A DNA stretch of 37,308 nucleotides, from NCBI GenBank assembly GCA_023415815.1, contig JAEZJL010000160.1:1-37308 (forward strand), given 5' to 3'. Every line of letters begins with the position of its first letter. Position 1 is the stretch's first letter. Under the pieces are notes generated by a model. The model was given only the letters and a program-made list of their open reading frames with translations, did not search any database and was not told where the DNA came from. Below, piece by piece: positions 15,572 through 22,630 of the stretch. Position numbers and translations under genes: made by a program. The DNA comes from Bacillota bacterium. Lineage in GTDB: Bacteria; Bacillota; Clostridia; Acetivibrionales; DTU013.

Positions 15572-16606
15572 TTATTTGGTGTTTCTGCCCTTGCTCTCGG
15601 CTATAGCGCCCTTTTCAATGGCCTCAATGCTGTTGAGAGCTTCTCCGGTGCCCAGTGCCACGCATGAAATGGCGTCGTCTGCAATGATCACGTTTATACC
15701 TGTCTTCTCCTGCAGCAGCTTGTCGAAGCCGTATATAAGGCTGCCTCCCCCGGTCAGGACGATTCCCCTGTCGCTTATGTCCGCGGCAAGCTCCGGCGGA
15801 GTCCTCTCCAGTACCGCATGCACCGCTTCTATAACGCTCGATATTGGCTCCTCAAGCGCGTCCATTATCTCCGTGGACGTCACAGAGATGGTCTTCGGAA
15901 GCCCTGAAATGAGGTTTCTGCCCCTTACGTCCATGGAAACCTCCTGGACTCTCGGGAAAACTGTGCCAATATTTATTTTAAGCTCTTCAGCCGTACGCTC
16001 GCCTATCATTATATTGTGCTTTTTACGCATATACCTTACTATGGCTTCATCGAACTTGTCCCCCGCGACCTTTATGGAAGACGATACGACGGTGCCGCCC
16101 AGAGATATGACCGCTATGTCTGTAGTACCGCCGCCTATGTCGACGACCATACTGCCGCAGGCCTTGGATATATCAATGCCGGCTCCTATGGCGGCCGCTA
16201 TCGGCTCCTCGATAAGATAGGTCTTCCTTGCCCCCGCCTGCATGGCGGCGTCTATGACCGCACGCCGTTCGACCTCGGTCACGCCGCTGGGGACACAAAC
16301 CATGATCCTCGGCTTGAAAAGCCTGAAAACCTTGCTTCCGCATACTTTATTGATAAAATATTTCAGCATTCTCTCCGTTATGTCATAGTCCGATATGACG
16401 CCCTCGCGCAGCGGCCTGATTGCGACTATGTTGCCTGGCGTCCTGCCGAGCATACGGCGCGCTTCTTCTCCTACCGCGAGAAGCTTGTTGGTATTTTTAT
16501 CTATAGCCACAACCGACGGCTCCCTCAGCACGATGCCCTTTCCCTTGATATAAACCAGAACGGTGGCAGTGCCGAGGTCTATCCCGATATCCTGTCCAAA
16601 ACCCAA
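15572..16606 (-). CDS. mreB: Rod-shape-determining actin homologue MreB/Mbl
   Basis: (M)GFGQDIGIDLGTATVLVY..., DIGGGTTDIAV, LTGGGSL. TTG start after AAGGGGTG. Its position after spoIIID matches mbl in Bacillus. Confidence 0.93.
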   Translation of the reverse strand: MGFGQDIGIDLGTATVLVYIKGKGIVLREPSVVAIDKNTNKLLAVGEEARRMLGRTPGNIVAIRPLREGVISDYDITERMLKYFINKVCGSKVFRLFKPRIMVCVPSGVTEVERRAVIDAAMQAGARKTYLIEEPIAAAIGAGIDISKACGSMVVDIGGGTTDIAVISLGGTVVSSSIKVAGDKFDEAIVRYMRKKHNIMIGERTAEELKINIGTVFPRVQEVSMDVRGRNLISGLPKTISVTSTEIMDALEEPISSVIEAVHAVLERTPPELAADISDRGIVLTGGGSLIYGFDKLLQEKTGINVIIADDAISCVALGTGEALNSIEAIEKGAIAESKGRNTK

Positions 16607-16716
16607 GAAATCACACCCCTTTATACAAGCTTTTTAAGCCCAGTAATGCTTTGAAATTTATTCAAGACAATATTTATCCCGTTAAGCATTGAAAATAAAC
16701 CCAACTTCACAAAATA

Positions 16717-16744
16717 ATATTATCATATAATTATAATATTGCAA
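16717..16744 (-). promoter_or_regulatory. Candidate sigma-A-type promoter for mreB
   Basis: The minus strand reads TTGCAA, a 16-nt spacer, then TAATAT. The region is AT-rich and offers alternative hexamers, so the call is weak. Confidence 0.25.
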
Positions 16745-16760
16745 GAATTTTGTACAGCGC

Positions 16761-16789
16761 AAAAACAGGAGCGTATAAATACGCTCCTG
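16761..16789 (-). terminator. Rho-independent terminator after spoIIID
   Basis: CAGGAGCGTA-taaa-TACGCTCCTG (10-bp perfect stem), followed on the minus strand by TTTTT. Confidence 0.7.
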
Positions 16790-16820
16790 CTCCCTGCGCG
16801 TGTATCGTATTTATTTAAAA

Positions 16821-17084
16821 TCAGACAGCCTTTGCATTGCCTCCCTGATATTTTGCCTTGGTAGCCTCGCCGCCCCTTATATGTCTCTCCGCCTTGTTTT
16901 CCTCTAGTACGCCTCTTACATTATTTGCAAGCTCGGGCCTGACCCGGTTCAGTCTTTCGGTAACATCCTTGTGTACCGTGCTTTTGCTTATACCGAATTT
17001 TTTGGCAGCCGCCCTCACGGTAGTTTTCTTTTCGATTATAAAGTTCGCAAGCTCTACCGCCCTCTCTTCAATATATCCTTTCAA
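16821..17084 (-). CDS. spoIIID: Sporulation transcriptional regulator SpoIIID
   Basis: (M)KGYIEERAVELANFIIEKKTTVRAAAKKFGISKSTVHKDVTERL...RHIRGGEATKAKY is near-collinear with B. subtilis SpoIIID. TTG start. Confidence 0.95.
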   Translation of the reverse strand: MKGYIEERAVELANFIIEKKTTVRAAAKKFGISKSTVHKDVTERLNRVRPELANNVRGVLEENKAERHIRGGEATKAKYQGGNAKAV

Positions 17085-17235
17085 CTATGTACCCCCCTCT
17101 TCAAGTCATACTATGGAGAAATATTAAAACCGGCGTATCTACAAGCTTTGTCCGGGGTTTGTTAACCTGTCACTACAGTATATATATGCCCTGCCGGGTG
17201 CCGTTATTCCAGACGGACGAAAAAACTCGGGACAG

Positions 17236-17274
17236 TAAAAAAACAGGGAACGGATTTTTTCACCCATTCCCTGT
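17236..17274 (-). terminator. Rho-independent terminator after the M23 peptidase gene
   Basis: On the minus strand: ACAGGGAA, a 16-nt loop, TTCCCTGT, then TTTTTTTAC. Confidence 0.6.
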
Positions 17275-17292
17275 TTTCTATCAAATTATGCC

Positions 17293-18162
17293 TCAGTTCT
17301 TCTCTGCCGTATTTTTCGGAAGATACGAGGCCGGATCAACGTTTACATTGTCCTTAAGTACCTCAAAATGCAGGTGCGGCTGTTCCGCGGATTCAAAGGA
17401 GGCCGTATTGCCGACGCTTCCTATGATATCACCCTGCTTGATTTTCTGGTTTACCGTGACCATGTCCTCGGACGCAAGATTTGAATAAACCGATTTCAGG
17501 CCGTTGCTGTGGTCGATGACTACGACTATGCCGAAGCGCGGGTCATTTTTAATATCGGTCACCACTCCGTCGGCAGCCGCCTTTACGGGCGTCCCTCTGT
17601 CCGCGGCCAGATCAATTCCCTCGTGTGTGCGCCATTCCTCCAGGGTTTTGGAATAGACCAGCTTGTCCTTGGCATATTCAAAGGTGACCTCTCCCGAAAC
17701 AGGCATTGCTAAACTTTGCTGTTTTGCGGCAGTAGTGCCTTTAGCTGTGCTTGACGTCTTGGGTGCGGTCGTCTTGGCGGGCGGGGCGGGTGCTTTAGGC
17801 GCGGCATCCTTGGGCTCGCTGCCCTTCTGAGGCGCCTTGACATCATTGGTCTTGGCCGGTGCCGTCGCCGTATCGCTCACCGCTTTTTCCTGGTTGTTTT
17901 CCGAGGCTGCTGTCCCTATCTGCTCCTGGGCATTCAGGCTGCCTCCCGCATTTACTTCAGAATTTGTCGCATTATCGTCCGGTATAATATTCTGTGCATC
18001 ATAATCGGGCTTATCCGAGGTAGCGTTGCGCGACGTTACATATACGGCAGTTCCCGCCACCACAGCTATACACAATAACAGGACAATATAGAATCCTTTC
18101 TTGTCCAGAAATTCCCTGATGCCTCTTTTAGCTCCCTTTTCTTCTGGAAACAGCTTTTTCAT
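17293..18162 (-). CDS. spoIIQ: Membrane-anchored M23/LytM peptidase in the SpoIIQ position
   Basis: ORF 17293..18201. ATG 18162 follows GGAGGTGG. It has a TM (FYIVLLLCIAVVAGTAVYV), a low-complexity Ala/Pro/Lys/Thr linker and a LytM domain with HEGIDL and HLHFEV. It lies immediately upstream of spoIIID, as in Bacillus and Clostridium. Confidence 0.7.
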   Translation of the reverse strand: MKKLFPEEKGAKRGIREFLDKKGFYIVLLLCIAVVAGTAVYVTSRNATSDKPDYDAQNIIPDDNATNSEVNAGGSLNAQEQIGTAASENNQEKAVSDTATAPAKTNDVKAPQKGSEPKDAAPKAPAPPAKTTAPKTSSTAKGTTAAKQQSLAMPVSGEVTFEYAKDKLVYSKTLEEWRTHEGIDLAADRGTPVKAAADGVVTDIKNDPRFGIVVVIDHSNGLKSVYSNLASEDMVTVNQKIKQGDIIGSVGNTASFESAEQPHLHFEVLKDNVNVDPASYLPKNTAEKN

Positions 18163-18229
18163 ATTCACAAATTCCACCTCCGTATAGTATTGTTTCCGCA
18201 TATGGGAGCAATATACATACGAGGTGAAA

Positions 18230-19240
18230 TTATTTCGTTAAAGCCAGCTTATCAACGCTTGTAAGCTCTATACCGGTGTAATAGTGCTTCAGGATCTCGT
18301 CGTAGGTGCCGCCTTTTTTCGCCAGTGCATCGGCCCCCCACTGGCTCATCCCGACGCCGTGCCCGTAGCCCAGCGTAGTGATTTTCAACGCGTCGCCGCC
18401 CGATTTCTCAATTGAGAAATTTGCCGAACGCAGCCCCAGCAGGGTTCGGAATTCGGTCCCCTTCAGATTAATATTCCAGATTTTCAGGGTTTTAACCCTT
18501 CCGCCCGTAGTATGGTCAAGTATTTTTATGCTTGCTGCAGCGTCCTTGCCGGGTTTTGCATCCGGGTAAGCCGCTTTGAGCTTCTCTGCCAGGTCGGCCG
18601 TCTTGATCGTCACAACCGCCTTGTAATCCTTGTTGTATTTATCGTCGCTGCTGTCGACGCTTCTCAGGTATGGTACGCTTACTCCGTTCCAGACCTCCTC
18701 GGAATTTTCGGTTTTGCCTCCGCTGTTTGAGTGAAAAAGAGTATTGGCAATTTTCCCGTCATAGGTGGCTATGATGCCCCTTGTCTCGGCGACAGCCCTC
18801 TCTATCCTGCTCCAGTTCCTGGCTCCAAATAAAATGCCCCAGCCCTTCATGGCCGCGGACTTGCTGGTCCACGCCTGGCAATGCGACGGGTCCGTGCATA
18901 GCCCCTTGGGGTCGTGGACGCCCTCCTTTGATTTATAGGCGCCGGTAAGACGGCCGTATGCAAAGCTTCTTGCGGCCACCGCCTGGGCCTTCAGCGCTTC
19001 GATATCGAATTGCGCCGGCATTTCGGCTGCAAGGACGCCTTTCAGATATTCCTCGAGGTCCATTACGGTTTCGGTGTTATTTTCCATATCGTAAACGGTT
19101 ATCGGTATGCTCTCCGTCTTCTGCTTCTCCGGCATTTCCGGCGCTTTTTCGGGACTTCGGCCGCAGCCTTTGACTATGAGCATGGGCAGTATAATGACGG
19201 CAATAAGCATTATTCCGGCATAATAGATAAGCTTTTTCAT
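18230..19240 (-). CDS. spoIID: Stage II sporulation protein D (lytic transglycosylase)
   Basis: ORF 18230..19315. ATG 19240 follows GGGGGTAGAGG. Motifs: LKGVLAAEMP, AQAVAARSFAY, FHSNSGGKTENSEEVW, GHGVGMSQWGA. It sits next to murA, as in Bacillus. Confidence 0.9.
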   Translation of the reverse strand: MKKLIYYAGIMLIAVIILPMLIVKGCGRSPEKAPEMPEKQKTESIPITVYDMENNTETVMDLEEYLKGVLAAEMPAQFDIEALKAQAVAARSFAYGRLTGAYKSKEGVHDPKGLCTDPSHCQAWTSKSAAMKGWGILFGARNWSRIERAVAETRGIIATYDGKIANTLFHSNSGGKTENSEEVWNGVSVPYLRSVDSSDDKYNKDYKAVVTIKTADLAEKLKAAYPDAKPGKDAAASIKILDHTTGGRVKTLKIWNINLKGTEFRTLLGLRSANFSIEKSGGDALKITTLGYGHGVGMSQWGADALAKKGGTYDEILKHYYTGIELTSVDKLALTK

Positions 19241-19300
19241 TTCGGCCTCTACCCCCATACATTTATATTCGGACAAAATAAAAGTATGCTGGCAGGGGAA

Positions 19301-19401
19301 TATGCCGCTTTTCACCGCGGAAAATCGGCGGAAAACGCGCCGCTCAGATGCCGCGGGGGCTGTCAGGGCGCAATGAAAAGCTTCTATGCACTTAGCGGTG
19401 G
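19301..19401 (-). repeat. Palindromic element, 5'-truncated copy E4
   Basis: It retains only the right arm ACCGCTAAGTGCATAGAAGC... and the 3' hairpin. The junction falls at a TTTTCC microhomology. Confidence 0.8.
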
Positions 19402-19407
19402 AAAAAG

Positions 19408-19452
19408 ACCGGCAAAGCGGAAATTCTGAAGCTTGAAGCGAGGAGGCTATAA
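19408..19452 (+). pseudogene. Shorter copy of the gene-3'-end relic
   Basis: It reads TGKAEILKLEARRL*, matching the relic at 4605-4650 on the opposite strand. Confidence 0.25.
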
Positions 19453-19514
19453 TTGAAGTAAGCCTGTTAATTCATGTTTACAGAGCGGTCTAAAATAGCA
19501 ACTTTAATTTACTT

Positions 19515-19748
19515 ATATGCCGCTTTTCACCGCGGAAAATCGGCGGAAAACGCGCCGCTCAGATGCCGCGGGGCTGTCAGGGCGCAATGAAAAAGCTTCT
19601 ATGCACTTAGCGGTGGGAAAAACCTCCTTTGGCGGTCGGGACAAATTCGCCGTCCATGGCTCAGTTTGTCCCTGAAATGGACATCGTGTCCATTTCCCCG
19701 CGTCGTCGGTTTTTCCCACCGAGTGCATCACGAAGCTTTTTCAAACAC
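19515..19748 (-). repeat. Palindromic ~230-bp element, copy E3
   Basis: Its reverse complement aligns along its full length with E1, including both arm pairs and the internal hairpins. Confidence 0.85.
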
Positions 19749-19949
19749 TTATAAGCGGCTTCGAAGCAGCCTCCGAAGTGCTACCTGCTAAAAAATGCTC
19801 CAATTATTGCATAACTTACGGCATTCCCGTCCACGATAACACAAAAACTAATAAACGCCTCTGAAGCCTCCTGCAAAGCCCTGCCCACTAAATGCCCCAT
19901 TTATTACATGACTTACGGCTTCCCGGCCAGGGCAATACAAGAGCCGGGG

Positions 19950-19972
19950 AAAACCGGCACGATGCCGGTTTT
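19950..19972 (-). terminator. Rho-independent terminator-like hairpin (mirror of 4067-4089)
   Basis: The minus strand reads AAAACCGGCA-tcg-TGCCGGTTTT. It lies about 145 nt downstream of the murA stop. Confidence 0.5.
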
Positions 19973-20075
19973 AGCAACTATCGCGCCACGGACGGCGCGT
20001 TTGTTGCGACCCGGCTGATATCAGGGACCTGGCCCTGGAAGCCGTAGGAATGTAATACGGGGAAGGAAGGGGATT

Positions 20076-20110
20076 CTTAAGGGGAAAACAAGGGCTGGTT
20101 TCCCCTTAAG
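20076..20110 (-). terminator. 12-bp stem-loop directly after the murA stop (mirror of 3930-3964)
   Basis: Same sequence as the hairpin after the MutS-like gene. No U-tract. Confidence 0.35.
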
Positions 20111-20115
20111 TTAAT

Positions 20116-21375
20116 TTAATCATCTAACTTTTTTATATTGGCGCCCAGAGAGGCGAGCTTTTCGTGTATGTTCATGTAGCCTCTTTCGATGTGCTCTATG
20201 TCGGTTATTTCCGTGGTGCCTTCGGCTGCGAGGCCGGCCACTACCAGAGCGGCGCCCGCCCTGAGGTCGGTCGCCTTGACTTGGGCGCCGGTCAGCCTTT
20301 CGCAGCCTTCGATAATTGCGCTGCGTCCCTCCACCTTGATGTTTGCACCCATCCTTTTCAATTCGCTTACGTGCATAAAACGGTTTTCAAAGATGGTTTC
20401 TATGACCATGCTTGTACCGCAGGCCTTGCTCATCAGCGAAGTCATCTGGGACTGCATGTCGGTTGGAAAGCCCGGATAGGGGTGCGTCTTGATGTCGACC
20501 GCCTTAAACTCGCCGCCTTTTACATGTATGGAGGTCAGCTCTTCCGATATCTCGATGCCGGCTTCCTTCAGCTTTGCGCTGACCGGCTTCAGATGGTCGG
20601 GCACAACGTTTTCGATCCGCACGTCGCCCCCGGTTATCGCGGCAGCAACCATGAAGGTCCCGGCCTCTATCCTGTCGGGGATGATGGCATGGCTTGCGGC
20701 ATTCAGGCTCTTTACGCCGTTTATCTTTATGTTGTCCGTTCCTGCGCCCTTGATGTCGGCGCCCATGGTTGTGAGATATGTAGCGAGATCGACGACCTCC
20801 GGCTCAATCGCCGCATTTTCTATGATGGTCTGCCCCTGAGCCAGGGCGGCCGCCATCATTATATTCTCCGTAGCCCCGACGCTCGGAAAATCCAGATATA
20901 TTTTGGCTCCAGAAAGCCTGCCGCGAGTCCTCGCCTCGATATAGCCATGGCCCTGCGTAATGACGGCGCCCATTGCGGTAAAGCCCTTGAGATGCAGGTC
21001 TACCGGCCTTGAGCCGATAGCGCAGCCCCCGGGAAGGGATATTCTTGTAGAGCCGGTTTTTGCAAGCAGCGGCCCCATAACAAGAAAGGATGCGCGGAGC
21101 TTGTTTACCAGTTCATAAGGGGCAGTGACGTTTGTCAGGTCGCCGCAGCTTATGTCCAGCCTCGTTTTGTCTTCGGAGAGCTCTACTTTCGCGCCGAGCG
21201 AGCTTACAAGCTCACACATTATTCTTACATCGTTAAGATACGGTATCTCGTCTATCACGCTTTTGCCGTCAGCCAGCAGAGACGCCGCTATGACCGGCAG
21301 CACGGAATTCTTTGCTCCGCTTATTCTTACCTTTCCCTTTAACGGCATGCCCTGGGATATTATGAACCTGGACAA
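20116..21375 (-). CDS. murA: UDP-N-acetylglucosamine 1-carboxyvinyltransferase
   Basis: GKVRISGAKNSVLPVIAASLL, the active-site region LPGGCAIGSRPVDLH, and a length of 419 aa. TTG start after GGGGAG. Confidence 0.95.
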   Translation of the reverse strand: MSRFIISQGMPLKGKVRISGAKNSVLPVIAASLLADGKSVIDEIPYLNDVRIMCELVSSLGAKVELSEDKTRLDISCGDLTNVTAPYELVNKLRASFLVMGPLLAKTGSTRISLPGGCAIGSRPVDLHLKGFTAMGAVITQGHGYIEARTRGRLSGAKIYLDFPSVGATENIMMAAALAQGQTIIENAAIEPEVVDLATYLTTMGADIKGAGTDNIKINGVKSLNAASHAIIPDRIEAGTFMVAAAITGGDVRIENVVPDHLKPVSAKLKEAGIEISEELTSIHVKGGEFKAVDIKTHPYPGFPTDMQSQMTSLMSKACGTSMVIETIFENRFMHVSELKRMGANIKVEGRSAIIEGCERLTGAQVKATDLRAGAALVVAGLAAEGTTEITDIEHIERGYMNIHEKLASLGANIKKLDD

Positions 21376-21427
21376 TTTTCATTCTCCCCTTTTCCTGTCT
21401 TTTCCCGTTGACAGCGCTTCTTATGCA

Positions 21428-22180
21428 TCAGTACTCCGTAGTAATCACAGGAGTTGCCAGCCACAGGTATGTCTTGTCTTCGTATGAATTGTACCTTATG
21501 GCAAGATTGAGATTTACCTTGCTGCCATTGTCGTCGACAGCCTCCTTTATGGCGCCGGAAAAGGCGGATACGCTTATGAGGCTGCCCTCCCTTATCCCCT
21601 CTACCTTTTTGGCGTCAGCCTTTGCAAAAATTCGGACGCACGCCTCATTCAGGGCGCTGTTTTCTTTTTTCCCTTCAAAGCTCCCTGTGATGCAGGAATT
21701 GAACTTCGGCCTTATGCCGTGTTTGTTGAGCGCCTTCTCCAGCACGACTCTGTCTCCGGCAAGATCCGGAGTGCGAGAGGTGTCCACCAGGCTTATTGCC
21801 ACGTAGCTCTCTCCGGAATCCCCGCTGTCTTTACCTTCAACTATATTAAAATGTATTCTCCTGCCGCCGCCGAGACTGCAGTCCAGTTCCTTACCGGCCG
21901 TACTGGGGCTGCCCGCGGAATCAATATCCGGATTAACCTCCGCTGCTCCGAGGTCCTTCAATACGTCTTTTATCATCGCTTTGCTGAAATCCTCTCCTGA
22001 CTTGCCCCATCCCCCGATTTTGCCGCGAAGATATAATTCGGAACTGACCGTCGCGGCTCCCGAGCTTTTAAACGCATCATAGAGGATTTTTTCGGGGGGA
22101 TTTGAAACTGCCTGCATTTTTATTATAAAAATAGAAATAATAAGAACAAAAAGTGTGATAATTATAGATACCTTTTTCAT
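21428..22180 (-). CDS. YwmB-like protein (DUF1779 type) with an N-terminal signal or anchor
   Basis: The call rests mainly on size (250 aa), the N-terminal hydrophobic segment and its position directly upstream of murA. B. subtilis ywmB-murAA-spoIID has the same order. Confidence 0.45.
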   Translation of the reverse strand: MKKVSIIITLFVLIISIFIIKMQAVSNPPEKILYDAFKSSGAATVSSELYLRGKIGGWGKSGEDFSKAMIKDVLKDLGAAEVNPDIDSAGSPSTAGKELDCSLGGGRRIHFNIVEGKDSGDSGESYVAISLVDTSRTPDLAGDRVVLEKALNKHGIRPKFNSCITGSFEGKKENSALNEACVRIFAKADAKKVEGIREGSLISVSAFSGAIKEAVDDNGSKVNLNLAIRYNSYEDKTYLWLATPVITTEY

Positions 22181-22293
22181 ATATATCCCCCCTTGTTTAC
22201 ATCATATCTGAATTATTGCCTCTTTGGATGGGGTATATACATGAGAAAATTTGACCCTGCTTCACTAAAATTCAATTACATTTCGTATACTTT

Positions 22294-22625
22294 CGCTTCA
22301 GCGTCAAAAGCCACATCCCATGATGGGCAGCCCGTTTTGGTGAAGGATGTGTGTCCAAGCAATATCAGCGGCAAAAGAGGGTATGCCTCTCGGGGCTCGA
22401 CCGCCAGGCCGGGTATTAAGTCCGGCTTTAGCGTCAAAAAAGAGACATGCCTCGTCGCTCAGCCGTTAAGCCGGGTATTCAAGTCCGGCTTCAGCGTCAA
22501 AAGAGGGCATACCTCTCGCGCTCGACCGCTAAGCCGGGTATTCAAGTCCAGCTTTAGCGTCAAAAGGGGACATACCTCGACGTACAGCCCGTCGACGGGA
22601 GAGGTGTGTCCCCGTCCCCTCTCCC
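22294..22625 (-). repeat. Minisatellite array 2: head plus ~5 units, reverse orientation
   Basis: The reverse complement reads GGGAGAGGGGACGGGGACACACCTCTCCCGTCGACGGGCTGTACGTCGAG, then GTATGTCCCCTTTTGACGCTAAAGCTGGACTTGAATACCCGGCTT... Unit marks on the plus strand are at 22571, 22508, 22446, 22382 and ~22313. Units decay with distance from the head. Confidence 0.9.
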
Positions 22626-22630
22626 TATTT

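Larger units (their letters stand above)
19301..20115. repeat. Composite inverted repeat, arm B (partner 3923-4954)
   Basis: It ends at the base adjacent to the murA stop codon. It is the reverse complement of arm A, with a ~196-bp internal deletion. Confidence 0.9.

Noticed and set aside
4955-19300. The 14.3-kb segment between the inverted repeat arms could be a composite transposon or genomic island.
   Set aside because: There is no transposase, integrase or tRNA target. The content is core sporulation, shape and flagellar genes. murA-spoIID adjacency across arm B matches the conserved Bacillus/Clostridium order, so the segment is in its native context.
19241-19320. Sigma-E-like motifs occur upstream of spoIID (GCATATT ... 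CATACTTT), with similar partial matches upstream of spoIIID (17085-17200).
   Set aside because: The spacing is wrong: about 10 nt between the elements, where about 14 is expected. The alternative pairings match only about 5 of 8 positions. I could not support a specific promoter call.
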